From positions 1,616 to 65,615 of the forward strand of contig DASYUK010000375.1 of NCBI GenBank assembly GCA_036001325.1: 64,000 nt of DNA. The letters are read 5' to 3'. Made by a program: the position numbers and the translations under genes. The notes under the pieces were generated by a model, which was given only the letters and a program-made list of their open reading frames with translations, was not told the DNA's origin and did not search any database. Positions 37,258-46,614 of the stretch are shown in pieces; within the stretch, counting starts at the first letter, position 1, and each line of letters begins with the position of its first letter. Source of the stretch: Thermoanaerobaculia bacterium. Its GTDB lineage: Bacteria > Acidobacteriota > Thermoanaerobaculia > Gp7-AA8.

Positions 37258-39831
37258 ATGCTCGCGCCCGGGACGATGCTCTCGCGTTATCGCGTCGAGT
37301 CTCTGCTCGGCAGCGGAGGGATGGGCGAGGTCTACAAAGCGCGCGACGAGTCACTCGAGCGGCCCGTCGCGATCAAGATTCTTCGATCGGATGTGACGCG
37401 AGATGAGAACCGCGTTCGCCGGTTCGTTCAGGAAGCGAAGACCGCCTCGTCGCTGAATCACCCCCACATCGTTCACGTCTACGAGATTGGCGTGAGCGAT
37501 TCGACGCATTTCATCGCCATGGAGTATGTCGAGGGTTCGACGCTTCGCGATCATCTGAGGACTGATGGAACAGCGCGCCTGCTCACGCTTCTGGCGCAGG
37601 TGGCCGATGCCCTGGCGAAGGCACACGCTGCCGGCGTCGTCCACCGCGATCTGAAGCCGGAGAACATCCTCGTCACCTCTGACGGTTATGCCAAGATTGC
37701 CGATTTCGGACTGGCAAAACTGCTGGACCGCAAAGACGCCTCGGCGATCTCAGTGACGGTCGACAAGGTGGCCACGAAAGAAGGAGTCGCCGTTGGGACG
37801 ATCGGTTACATGTCGCCCGAACAGGTGCAGGGAGGACGGGTCGACGAGCGTTCCGACATCTTCTCATTCGGCTGCATTCTCTACGAAGCCGTGGCGAAAC
37901 GACGTCCATTCGAAGGAGCGTCGACGTTCGATACGTTTCAGAAAATCGTCGCGGCCGAACCGCCGCCGCTGTCCCCTTCCAGCGATGTACCGCCGGCGCT
38001 CCAACGAGTCATGCGCCGTTGCCTCGCCAAGGAACCCGATGACCGGTACCACTCCGCAAAAGATCTCGCCATCGACCTGCGCGAGTTGCGTGAGGAGTTG
38101 AGCGGATCGCATCGAAGCGTAGTGGTCCCGAAGAGGATCGGGTACGCCGCACTCGCAGTTGTTTTCATCGCTCTCATTGCCGCTACGATTCTGGTGAAGC
38201 GTCGATCGCCATCACCGCCAGCGACGGCTCCGATCCGAATCAAGCAGCTCACCACCAGCGGCAAGGTTTCCGAGGCCGCGATCTCCCCCGACGGAAAGTA
38301 TCTCGCGTATGTCGACCGCGGAGTGCTGCGGGAGTCGAGCATCTCCCTGCTGCACCTTCCGACAGGAAGCGCGGTGCAGATCGTGCCGCGTCAGAGCGGG
38401 ATCGAATTCGCCAGCGTCTCGTTTTCGCCCGATGGCGACTACATCGATTACACGCGCCGGCCGCTTGCGAGCTCTCAGCATGATCTCGAGCGGATCCCGG
38501 TTCTCGGCGGAACGTCTCAGCAGGTGCTCGCTGATGTCGACACCCCCGTCGCTTTCGCGCCGGACGGTCGCCATATCGCATTCGTTCGCGGAGCGAAAGA
38601 GGAGTCGTTCCTCATGGTCGCCGACGGCGAAGGTCATTCTGAGCGAAAGCTGGCCATCGTTAAGCGACCGCAACGACTGGCGGTCGCGGCACCGGCCTGG
38701 TCGCCGGATGGAAAGACGATCGCGGCAATCGTCCGCGAACCTCGGCCGCTGCTGCTCGCTGTCAGTGTCGAAAACGGTTCGACGCGAACGATTTCTGGAC
38801 CACAATTTCAGTGGCTCACCAGCGTAGCGTGGTCGCGCGACGACGCGCTTCTCGTCACGGGAGTGGAGAGGTCATCGCGCAATGCGGAAATCTGGCGCAT
38901 CAATCTGGCGACGGGCTCCGGCGCGCCGATCACGAGCGGCATCATTGGATACCAGGGTCTCAGTCTCTCGAAAAACGGAACGGCGATTGTCAGTCTGGCC
39001 CAGAACCTTTTCGCGACTCTAACCGCCATGCCTTTCAACGCCGCTGGAGAACCCGCGCCGATCGTTGTGGGCAGCGCGCGTAATGGCACCGGTGGCCTCG
39101 CAGCGCTTCCCGATGGACGCATCGTCTACTCGTCGGATGCAGGGAATCGACACGGCATCTGGATCATCGACGCGAATGGGAAGAACGCGCGCGAACTTCT
39201 CGTCCCGACGGCCGGATCGTCACTCGGATGGCCGGCTGTTTCTCCGGATGGACGCCTCATCGCGTACGTTTCCCAATCGGGCGAGAAGCACACGATTCAC
39301 GTCGCCGACATCGCCTCCGGGAACGAGCTTTCAGTGCCCGCATTCCCTCCAGACTCATTCTGGCCACAGTTCTCCGCCGACGGCGAGTCGATCGTGTTTG
39401 TGAGCGACAAGCCGGGGACGGAAACTTCCTCGCTGTATCGGCGCGCATTGCGTGCAGGTGAGCTCACACAGATTCTTCCGCGCGCGTCGCACCCGGCAGT
39501 TTCGCCAGATGGAAAATGGATCGCGTTTTTCCTGCACGGCATCTCGGTCGTTTCGTCCCGAGGCGGAAAGCCGCGCCAGATCGTCGAACCACCGTCGCTG
39601 AAGATCCCTTTGCGATGGACATCTGACAGCAAAGCGATTCTCAATCCGGAAGTTCACAATGATGTCGTGAACATCTGGGCTTATCCGATCGGCGGCGGCG
39701 CGCCGAGACAGGTCACGCACTTCACCTCACAGAACATCTTCTTCTTCGATGTCACGCGCGACGGCAAGCGGCTGATTCTCTCGCGCGGCGACGTCACCAC
39801 CGATGCCGTGCTGATCGAAAATGCACCCTAA
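37258..39831 (+). CDS. PknD-like Ser/Thr protein kinase with a TM helix and an extracytoplasmic TolB/WD40-like beta-propeller
   Basis: Kinase: GSGGMGEVYKARD, VAIKIL, HRDLKPENILV, DFGLAK, GTIGYMSPEQ. TM IGYAALAVVFIALIAATILV. Repeats ISPDGKYLAY, FSPDGDYIDY, FAPDGRHIAF, WSPDGKTIAA, VSPDGRLIAY, FSADGESIVF, VSPDGKWIAF. 18 nt downstream of dnaE2 on the same strand. Confidence 0.8.
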   Translation: MLAPGTMLSRYRVESLLGSGGMGEVYKARDESLERPVAIKILRSDVTRDENRVRRFVQEAKTASSLNHPHIVHVYEIGVSDSTHFIAMEYVEGSTLRDHLRTDGTARLLTLLAQVADALAKAHAAGVVHRDLKPENILVTSDGYAKIADFGLAKLLDRKDASAISVTVDKVATKEGVAVGTIGYMSPEQVQGGRVDERSDIFSFGCILYEAVAKRRPFEGASTFDTFQKIVAAEPPPLSPSSDVPPALQRVMRRCLAKEPDDRYHSAKDLAIDLRELREELSGSHRSVVVPKRIGYAALAVVFIALIAATILVKRRSPSPPATAPIRIKQLTTSGKVSEAAISPDGKYLAYVDRGVLRESSISLLHLPTGSAVQIVPRQSGIEFASVSFSPDGDYIDYTRRPLASSQHDLERIPVLGGTSQQVLADVDTPVAFAPDGRHIAFVRGAKEESFLMVADGEGHSERKLAIVKRPQRLAVAAPAWSPDGKTIAAIVREPRPLLLAVSVENGSTRTISGPQFQWLTSVAWSRDDALLVTGVERSSRNAEIWRINLATGSGAPITSGIIGYQGLSLSKNGTAIVSLAQNLFATLTAMPFNAAGEPAPIVVGSARNGTGGLAALPDGRIVYSSDAGNRHGIWIIDANGKNARELLVPTAGSSLGWPAVSPDGRLIAYVSQSGEKHTIHVADIASGNELSVPAFPPDSFWPQFSADGESIVFVSDKPGTETSSLYRRALRAGELTQILPRASHPAVSPDGKWIAFFLHGISVVSSRGGKPRQIVEPPSLKIPLRWTSDSKAILNPEVHNDVVNIWAYPIGGGAPRQVTHFTSQNIFFFDVTRDGKRLILSRGDVTTDAVLIENAP

Positions 39832-39847
39832 GAAAAGGAGCGAAATC

Positions 39848-40693
39848 ATGCACTCGCGACGAATCTTCGTCCTCGGCGCTCTCGTGCTCTTCGTGGCTGC
39901 CGCGACGCTCGGAGCTACGGCCAAAGGAACTCTCACCGTCAACGGCAAGACGTTCAATCTGAAGAACGTCTACGCCACGAACAGGAAGAATCCGTTCGAT
40001 AAGAAGAAGACGGACGTGGTCGTCATCCTCAGCGACAAAGAGCTGCCCGCAGGCGCCCAGTTCGACGAATTCGCGCTGATGTCGCTTCCCGAGCAGGGCG
40101 TCTCCGGGATCACGTTTGAAGTCGATCCCGATAAGCGCATCAACAGCGGTACCCTCTTCAGCCCCTCGTTCAAGAAGATGAAGCAGTTCTCGTCGACAGG
40201 CAATCAGAAGCTCGACCTGACCACGTCGACGAAGGATCGAATCGCGGGAAGCATCTCGATCAAGCCCGACAACTTCTTCGAGGAGAACTTCCAATACAGC
40301 GCGACCTTCGACGCACCGATTCTCACAAAACCGCCAGAAAAGCCGGTCGCCCTGAAAGGGACACCACTTCCCGCCGACGGCGGCGAACCGGCGAAAGCGT
40401 GGCAGGCACACCGCAAGGCGATCGCCGCCGGCGACATGGCCGCCATCCGAAAGACGATTGCCGCTGAGCATTTGAAGGATCTCGACGACCCAGACTTCAA
40501 GAAGATGCTTCCGCTGATGAAGGAAATGCAGCCGAAGAAAGTGAAGATCACCGGTGGCAGCATCGACGGAGACACCGCGACGCTGCTCGTCAAGAACCTC
40601 GACGAGAAGAACTCGAACGCCACCGTGACGATGCGTCGCGAAGGCGGTCAGTGGAAACTCGTCAAGGAGGCGTGGAAGACGACTTCGGAGTGA
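39848..40693 (+). CDS. Secreted hypothetical protein, Lys-rich, lower GC than neighbours
   Basis: RBS AAAAGGAG 8 nt upstream of ATG 39848. Signal peptide MHSRRIFVLGALVLFVAAATLGATA. No recognisable domain. Confidence 0.55.
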   Translation: MHSRRIFVLGALVLFVAAATLGATAKGTLTVNGKTFNLKNVYATNRKNPFDKKKTDVVVILSDKELPAGAQFDEFALMSLPEQGVSGITFEVDPDKRINSGTLFSPSFKKMKQFSSTGNQKLDLTTSTKDRIAGSISIKPDNFFEENFQYSATFDAPILTKPPEKPVALKGTPLPADGGEPAKAWQAHRKAIAAGDMAAIRKTIAAEHLKDLDDPDFKKMLPLMKEMQPKKVKITGGSIDGDTATLLVKNLDEKNSNATVTMRREGGQWKLVKEAWKTTSE

Positions 40694-40697
40694 TCGA

Positions 40698-41405
40698 TCA
40701 CTCCGTCTCGCGCGCGGCCATGCGTCGGCGGAAGTACTCCTGCCCGCGATCGTAGCCGATGCGGAAGACTTCGGTCTTGCACGGTTCGGGGTAGCACTCC
40801 TCGACGTACGTGACGACGTCCGTCAAGTCGCGTCCGCGAGTGGCCGGGTGCAGCGCCGCTTCGAAACCTGATCGATAGGCCGGCTCGTTCGGTTCCAGCT
40901 CCCGTCCCTGATGTCTCAGGTAGGCGCGCTCGTCGTCGCGCAGACTCTGCCACCATTCGCGCCGCAGCGATTGCACGCTGCGTCCGCCGCCGCGCTCGAG
41001 GAGATTCCGCGCCTGGGTTGCCTGAGTCTGATCGTGTGCCTCGACGATGACGACCGGCTGGCCGTTGCGCACCGCTTCCTCATAAAAGTAGAGCTCCTCG
41101 TTCGGGACGCCGTGCGTGTGCCGATCGATGGCCGCTCCTGCCGCGGCGCCGAGGCCGGTCCCGATCAAGCCGGTCGCGATCATCCCCATCCCGACCACGG
41201 GACCGAGTCCCGGCAGGAAAGTCGCCGCACTCAATCCGACGAAGGCGCCAATCGCCGCTCCTGCTTGTGTTCCGTGCACCGGAAACGACGATTCGCCGCG
41301 CGCCAGCAGATTGATCTGGCTCTCCTCGAAGCCGTGCGCCCTCAGCGAGTGCATCGCGTTCTCGGCCTCGGCAGGCGATGCGAAGATTCCGGTGACGGTG
41401 GCCAT
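40698..41405 (-). CDS. YflT-like general stress protein domain plus glycine-zipper membrane segment
   Basis: MATVTGIFASPAEAENAMHSLRAHGFEESQINLLARGE resembles the YflT/general stress N-terminus. Glycine zipper GAAIGAFVGLSAATFLPGLGPVVGMGMIATGLIGTGLGAAAGAAI. Start at ATG 41405, preceded by GGGAGGA. Confidence 0.5.
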   Translation of the reverse strand: MATVTGIFASPAEAENAMHSLRAHGFEESQINLLARGESSFPVHGTQAGAAIGAFVGLSAATFLPGLGPVVGMGMIATGLIGTGLGAAAGAAIDRHTHGVPNEELYFYEEAVRNGQPVVIVEAHDQTQATQARNLLERGGGRSVQSLRREWWQSLRDDERAYLRHQGRELEPNEPAYRSGFEAALHPATRGRDLTDVVTYVEECYPEPCKTEVFRIGYDRGQEYFRRRMAARETE

Positions 41406-41470
41406 GCGATCCTCCCGTCGCTCGTGTGTGCAGGACTTCGGCCAGAGCAGCGGAGGTTTACAATCCATTC

Positions 41471-42562
41471 ATGAGCACGAGCCCGATCATTCCGCTCGAC
41501 ACCGTGACCGTGTCGACCGAGGTTCGGCCGGCGACGCTGATCAGCCGCCGTCCGCCCGCCGAGGAGATTGTCGCGTGGACACTTCTTGGGGCGCTGCTGG
41601 TGTTCGTCCTGCTCCAGCACCTCGTCTCGGCGGCGATCGTGACGCTGGCGCTCTACGCGATCTTCGAAGGCGTATCGAAACGCATTTCGCGCCGCCTGTC
41701 GGGAAGCACCGCGCGTCCGCTGGCCGTGCTCATCGTTACGGCCGTCTCGGCCGCCGTCGTGACCGGCGCGATCGCGTTGACGGTCACCGTTCTCCGCCAC
41801 GGAGCGACAAACATCCCCGACATGATGAATCAGATGGCGGAGATTCTCGGCTCGGTACGATTGTGGCTCGGAGGTTTCGGCCATCAGTTGATTCCCGATG
41901 TGATGACCGACGCGGAGGACCTCAAGGCGACGATCGCCAACTGGTTGAAAACCCACGCGCAGATGCTGCGCGCCGGCGGGCGCTACATCGGCATCGGTCT
42001 CGTGCACAGCATCATGGGCGTGCTGCTGGCGCTGTTGATTTTCTTCCGCCATGCGACGCATCCCGACGAGGGGCAGCGCGGGCCGCTGGCGCGTCATCTC
42101 CTCGATAAGATGGACCGGTTCGGCGACGCCTTCGCGCGCGTGGCTACGGCTCAGATCAAGATCTCGGCGCTCAACACGACATTGACCGGGTTGTACCTGC
42201 TCGTGGCGTTGCCGGCGTTCGGAATCCAGGTGCCGTTCGCACCGACCCTCGTTCTGATCACTTTCGTGTGCGGACTTATCCCGGTTCTCGGCAATCTGAT
42301 TTCCAACACGGTCATCACGATTCTGTCGATGGGCGTTTCCATCGCTACGGCATTCGCCTCGCTGGCGTTCCTCGTCGTGATTCACAAACTCGAATATCTG
42401 GTCAACTCCCGGATCGTCGGCGGAGAGACCGATTCGCAGGCGTGGGAGATCCTGATGGCGATCATCATCGGCGAAGCCGCATTCGGCATCGGCGGAGTGG
42501 TGATGGCTCCGATCGTCTATGCATTCATCAAACGCGAGCTGCGCGATCGAGGACTGGTGTAG
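41471..42562 (+). CDS. AI-2E family transporter (UPF0118/PerM-like)
   Basis: About 360 aa with 7-8 TM helices in the typical AI-2E arrangement. C-terminal IVGGETDSQAWEILMAIIIGEAAFGIGGVVMAPIVYAFIKRE. Confidence 0.65.
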   Translation: MSTSPIIPLDTVTVSTEVRPATLISRRPPAEEIVAWTLLGALLVFVLLQHLVSAAIVTLALYAIFEGVSKRISRRLSGSTARPLAVLIVTAVSAAVVTGAIALTVTVLRHGATNIPDMMNQMAEILGSVRLWLGGFGHQLIPDVMTDAEDLKATIANWLKTHAQMLRAGGRYIGIGLVHSIMGVLLALLIFFRHATHPDEGQRGPLARHLLDKMDRFGDAFARVATAQIKISALNTTLTGLYLLVALPAFGIQVPFAPTLVLITFVCGLIPVLGNLISNTVITILSMGVSIATAFASLAFLVVIHKLEYLVNSRIVGGETDSQAWEILMAIIIGEAAFGIGGVVMAPIVYAFIKRELRDRGLV

Positions 42563-42565
42563 CGG

Positions 42566-43150
42566 TTACGCGGGCAGAATTCGATCGATTTTCGCGGCCA
42601 GTATGAAATCGCTGCGCGTGAGGCCATCGATCTTGTGCGTCCAGATCTCGATGCCCACTTTGCCCCAAGCCAGGTGAATGTCGGGATGATGACCTTCGCG
42701 CTCCGCGATCGCGCCGACCGCATTCGTGAACGACAGCGCCTGCTCGAAATCGGGAAAGCGGAACTCTTTTTCGAGATGGTGCTCGTTCACGACGCGCCAA
42801 CTGCTTCCGAGCTCGCGAGCGACGCTCTCCAGCTCAGCACCCTTGAGCGGCGGAACACCGCCGCGGCATGGGATGCACTTTTCATTGACGAGCGTCGAGG
42901 GGGCGGCTGACCTCCTGTCGTTCACCAGACGCGCGAATTCCGCCGGCTCGATGCGATGACGGAAGACTTCCGCGTTTCCGATGCAGACGACCGGCACGTC
43001 GTCGGCGTATCTGCGCCGCAGTTCGGGATCGTTGTCGATGTCGATCTCCTCGATGCGCACTTCGACACCTGACGCGCGCATCGCCGCCTTGGCCTTGTCG
43101 CAAAGCGGACAATCACGACGGGTGTACAGTGTGACGTCGACCGCGTCCAC
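42566..43150 (-). CDS. Fusion of glutaredoxin-like domain and pterin-4a-carbinolamine dehydratase (PCD/DCoH)
   Basis: N-terminus VTLYTRRDCPLCDKAKAAM (thioredoxin-fold CPLC). C-terminal PCD signature EGHHPDIHLAWGKVGIEIWTHKIDGLT. Confidence 0.75.
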   Translation of the reverse strand: MDAVDVTLYTRRDCPLCDKAKAAMRASGVEVRIEEIDIDNDPELRRRYADDVPVVCIGNAEVFRHRIEPAEFARLVNDRRSAAPSTLVNEKCIPCRGGVPPLKGAELESVARELGSSWRVVNEHHLEKEFRFPDFEQALSFTNAVGAIAEREGHHPDIHLAWGKVGIEIWTHKIDGLTRSDFILAAKIDRILPA

Positions 43151-43167
43151 GAAGAGGAGCTTACCTG

Positions 43168-43938
43168 ATGTCGTCGAAAACCGTTCTCGATCTCGAGGGG
43201 AGAGTCGCGCTCATCACCGGCGCATCGCGGGGCATCGGTCGCGAGACCGCGTTCCACATCGCTGACGCGGGGGCGCGCGTCGTCGTGAACTACAACCGGA
43301 GCGAGCGCGAAGCCGGCGAGGTCGTCGCGAAGATCGGCGAGTCGCGCGCGCAAGCGGTGCAGGCCGATGTGGCGAATCCCGACGACGTGGAGCGACTCGT
43401 GACCCGTTCGATCGAAGCGTTCGGCCGCCTCGACATCGTCGTCAACAATGCGGCGCGCTACGAAGAGAACCGTTTCGACCGTGATGATTACGAGGGCTGG
43501 CAGGAAGGGTGGCGGCGCACATTCGAGCTGAATGTGTTCGGCGCCGCGAATGTCGCATTCGTGGCCATGCGCTGGATGCGCGCGAACGGCGGAGGAAAGC
43601 TGATCAATGTCGCGTCGCGCGCCGCATTTCGCGGCGAGACCGAGTTCGCCGACTACGGCGCGTCCAAGGCCGCGCTCGTCAATCTGACACGATCCATCGC
43701 TCGCGCCTGCGCGAAAGACAACATCGTGGCGAGCTGCGTTGCGCCCGGATTCATCCAGACCGACATGGCGAAACCGCTGATCGAGAAACGACGTGAGGAG
43801 ATCGTGACGCAGATTCCGCTCGGTCGCGTCGGCACACCGGATGACGTCGCTGCCGTGATCGTTTTTCTCGCTTCGCCGATGGCCGATTACCTCAACGGCG
43901 TGACGATCGACATCAACGGCGGATCGTGGTTTCACTGA
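43168..43938 (+). CDS. SDR family oxidoreductase (3-oxoacyl-ACP reductase-like)
   Basis: TGASRGIG cofactor motif, NNAA, catalytic YGASKAA (YxxxK). Confidence 0.85.
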   Translation: MSSKTVLDLEGRVALITGASRGIGRETAFHIADAGARVVVNYNRSEREAGEVVAKIGESRAQAVQADVANPDDVERLVTRSIEAFGRLDIVVNNAARYEENRFDRDDYEGWQEGWRRTFELNVFGAANVAFVAMRWMRANGGGKLINVASRAAFRGETEFADYGASKAALVNLTRSIARACAKDNIVASCVAPGFIQTDMAKPLIEKRREEIVTQIPLGRVGTPDDVAAVIVFLASPMADYLNGVTIDINGGSWFH

Positions 43939-43983
43939 GAACAGCGGCTCGGAATTTGCTATTGATCAGGTGAGGCGTCCTCG

Positions 43984-44184
43984 ATGTCCTCCATCGTTCT
44001 CACTCTCGTCGTCATCGCTGCCGCCGTCGCCCTCGGAATCGCTCTGGCGTACGTGCCGATGCGACTGATCGTGACGCAGATTGCCAAAAATGTACGGGAG
44101 TTCATCCAACGACAGCGCGACCGGCGCCGCATCTCTCGGGAGACGCCCGATCGCCGGAAGATCTCCGAAGTGCCACCCCGGTAG
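43984..44184 (+). CDS. Small membrane protein (66 aa), hypothetical
   Basis: Single TM helix IVLTLVVIAAAVALGIALAYV followed by a basic tail; weak evidence. Confidence 0.3.
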   Translation: MSSIVLTLVVIAAAVALGIALAYVPMRLIVTQIAKNVREFIQRQRDRRRISRETPDRRKISEVPPR

Positions 44185-44187
44185 TGC

Positions 44188-44751
44188 TCAGCGGGCCAGC
44201 GCCGATTCGAGAGCCTGCGTGAGCGATGCGTCGCTCGTGTTCACGACACCGAAGTGCTTCCAGACGACGTTGCCGCCGCGATCGATGAGAACCGACGTCG
44301 GCAGGACGCTCGTGTGCAGAATCGTCGCGAGCTTTCCCTCCGGATCGACGGCGATCGGATAGGAGATCTTCTGTTCAGAGAGAAACTGCTTCACGTCCGC
44401 CGGCCCGCCTTCGTCGACGCTCACGCCGATGACTTTGAAGCGACGGTCGGCATACTTCGCGTGAAGTTTGTCGAGCTCAGGAATTTCAAACCGACAGGGG
44501 GCGCACCACGTCGCCCAGAGATTGAGCAACAGTACGCTGCCCTTCTCCGAGGCGAGATCGAACTTCGATCCATCGAGCCACTTCGCGGTGTAGGCCGGCA
44601 TCGGCGAGCCGACGTCGCCGCTGCTCGCGGTGGTCGTCACTCGCGGCCGAACCGGTTTCGGGCTGAGTTTTGCGCCAGCGGGAGGCGATTCCTGTCCGCG
44701 ACAGGCAGCCAGAACCAGAACCGCGATGAACAACAACCGAGCAGTTGACAA
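44188..44751 (-). CDS. TlpA/ResA-like thiol-disulfide oxidoreductase (thioredoxin fold), secreted/lipoprotein
   Basis: Signal peptide MSTARLLFIAVLVLAAC. WCAPC active site in LLLNLWATWCAPCRFEIPEL. Confidence 0.8.
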   Translation of the reverse strand: MSTARLLFIAVLVLAACRGQESPPAGAKLSPKPVRPRVTTTASSGDVGSPMPAYTAKWLDGSKFDLASEKGSVLLLNLWATWCAPCRFEIPELDKLHAKYADRRFKVIGVSVDEGGPADVKQFLSEQKISYPIAVDPEGKLATILHTSVLPTSVLIDRGGNVVWKHFGVVNTSDASLTQALESALAR

Positions 44752-45414
44752 CTACTCTTCGGTCTCCTCGACCTTCCCCTTCTTGATGACCTCGGGCTCC
44801 ACCGGCACCGCGCCCTCTTCCACCGGTGCGGCCACCTCTTCCACAATCTCGGCGCGAGCGTGGGTCACGCCGACGACGACGCGCTCGGGATCATCGAGCA
44901 CGCGCACACCATCAGGCACCTTCACGTCGGAAATGCGAAGGTACTGGTGCATGCCGATCTCTTCGATGTTGACCTCGATCGAGTCAGGAATGGCATTCGG
45001 CAGACACTCGATGTGAAGGTCGCGCACCTGCCAATCCAGGATGCCGCCTTCTTTGACGCCGATGGATGTTCCGTTGAGGTGCACCGGCACGGTCAGGCGC
45101 ACGTTCTCGTCCATCATGACGCGGACGAAATCGATGTGGATCATCTTGCGAGAGATCGGATCGATCTGGATATCTTTGATCATCGCGTGCCGCTGCTGAT
45201 CCGTCCCGCTCATCTTGAGCAGGAAGATCGATCGGATTCCGTGATCGCTCTTCTGAACCAGGTCCGCCACAGCTTTACGATCGACAACGATCGCCACCGG
45301 CTCGCGGTGTCCGCCATAAACGACGGCCGGGACCTGTCCCTGCCGCCGAAGTTTCTTCGCTATTTCTTTGCCCGTGCCTTCGCGGCGCGAGACTTCCAAC
45401 GTCACCTCAGCCAT
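44752..45414 (-). CDS. rplY: 50S ribosomal protein L25/general stress protein Ctc
   Basis: MAEVTLEVSRREGTGKEIAKKLRRQGQVPAVVYGG... with a C-terminal acidic extension. Start taken at ATG 45414, preceded by GAGGGGAG; the track ORF extends upstream. Conserved prs-ctc neighbourhood. Confidence 0.8.
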   Translation of the reverse strand: MAEVTLEVSRREGTGKEIAKKLRRQGQVPAVVYGGHREPVAIVVDRKAVADLVQKSDHGIRSIFLLKMSGTDQQRHAMIKDIQIDPISRKMIHIDFVRVMMDENVRLTVPVHLNGTSIGVKEGGILDWQVRDLHIECLPNAIPDSIEVNIEEIGMHQYLRISDVKVPDGVRVLDDPERVVVGVTHARAEIVEEVAAPVEEGAVPVEPEVIKKGKVEETEE

Positions 45415-45473
45415 AACACTCCCCTCAACGGAATTCGGCAGAAGGTGGGAAAGCTGAGGGAGGCAAGCGTTAT

Positions 45474-45585
45474 TCCTTCTCCCCGCGGGAGAAGGTGGCG
45501 CGGAGCGCCGGATGAGGGGCGCCCCTCTCGGACGAATCTCGCCCCTCACCCGCCGCTTCGCGGCTCCCTCTCCCGATGGGAGAGG
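45474..45585. repeat. Two head-to-head copies of the REP-like GC-rich hairpin element in the rplY/prs intergenic region
   Basis: Copy A (reverse orientation): CCTTCTCCCCGCGGGAGAAGGTGGCGCGGAGCGCCGGATGAGGGG. Copy B (forward): GCCCCTCACCCGCCGCTTCGCGGCTCCCTCTCCCGATGGGAGAGGGC. Compare copies at 21490 and 59356. Confidence 0.6.
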
Positions 45586-45593
45586 GCACGGAA

Positions 45594-46541
45594 TTACATC
45601 TCGAACAATGAGCTCACCGAATCCTCATTATGGATACGCTTGATCGCCTCCGCGAGCAGCTCGGCGATCGATAGCGTCTGCAGCTTTGAGCACTCCTGCT
45701 CCTTGTCGATCATGGGGATGCTGTTCGTCGTGATGACCTGAGCGAGACGCGACTTGTTGATCCGATCGATCGCCGGTCCGGAGAACACGCCGTGTGTGCA
45801 CGCCGCGGAGATCGAACGCGCGCCCTGGGCGAGCAACGCCTCAACGGAGTGGATCAGTGTCCCGCCCGTGTCGATGATGTCGTCGACGACAAAGACATTG
45901 CGACCCTCGACCTCGCCGATGATGTGCATCACTTCAGTCTGATTCGCGGCCACGCGCCTTTTGTCGATGATGGCCAGCGTCGCGCCGAGGCGTTTGGCGT
46001 ACGCGCGGGCGCGCTCGACGCCGCCGGCATCGGGCGAGACGATCGTCACATCATCCATGTTCAGTTTCTTCAGATGACCGACGATGACCGGCGCGGCGAA
46101 GAGATGGTCGACAGGAATGTTGAAGAATCCCTGGATCTGTGCGGCATGAAGATCGAGTGTCAGGACGCGGTCGGCGCCGGCGGCGGTGATGAGATCAGCG
46201 ACGAGTTTGGATGTGATCGGAACGCGCGGCTTGTCCTTTCGATCCTGCCGCGCGTAACCGTAGTAAGGAATCACGGCGGTGACGCGCCGCGCCGATGAAC
46301 GCTTGAACGCGTCGAGCATGATCAGCAGCTCCATCAACGCGTCGTTGACCGGCGGACAGGTCGGCTGAATCACGAACACGTCGGCGCCACGGACATTCTC
46401 ATCAACCTGCACGTAGTTCTCGCCGTCGGAGAAACTGTACAGGGTGACGTGACCCGGCTCTTCGCCGAGGCGCTCACAGATCTCCTGCGTGAGCGCAGGA
46501 TGCGACCTGCCCGAAAAGACTTTCAGTTCTGGACGGTGCAA
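45594..46541 (-). CDS. prs: Ribose-phosphate pyrophosphokinase
   Basis: LKVFSGRSHPALTQEICERLG, DLHAAQIQGFFNIPVDHL, PRPP-binding loop VVSPDAGGVERARAYAKRL...VDDIIDTGGTL. Confidence 0.9.
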   Translation of the reverse strand: MHRPELKVFSGRSHPALTQEICERLGEEPGHVTLYSFSDGENYVQVDENVRGADVFVIQPTCPPVNDALMELLIMLDAFKRSSARRVTAVIPYYGYARQDRKDKPRVPITSKLVADLITAAGADRVLTLDLHAAQIQGFFNIPVDHLFAAPVIVGHLKKLNMDDVTIVSPDAGGVERARAYAKRLGATLAIIDKRRVAANQTEVMHIIGEVEGRNVFVVDDIIDTGGTLIHSVEALLAQGARSISAACTHGVFSGPAIDRINKSRLAQVITTNSIPMIDKEQECSKLQTLSIAELLAEAIKRIHNEDSVSSLFEM

Positions 46542-46614
46542 GCGGCGGGATTATACCGACTCGTGACTCGTTGAACTCATGTGACATCGAGCAGAATCAG
46601 ACGTCTCAGTGTTG

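Noticed and set aside
41342-42385. 347-aa ORF antisense to the AI-2E transporter
   Set aside because: A highly charged R/E/D/H junk peptide opposite a coherent polytopic membrane protein.
44752-45549. Long N-terminal extension (45 codons) on rplY in the track ORF
   Set aside because: The extension overlaps the REP-like element and is Pro/Arg-rich. The conserved L25/Ctc sequence begins at the ATG at 45414, which has a GAGGGGAG upstream.
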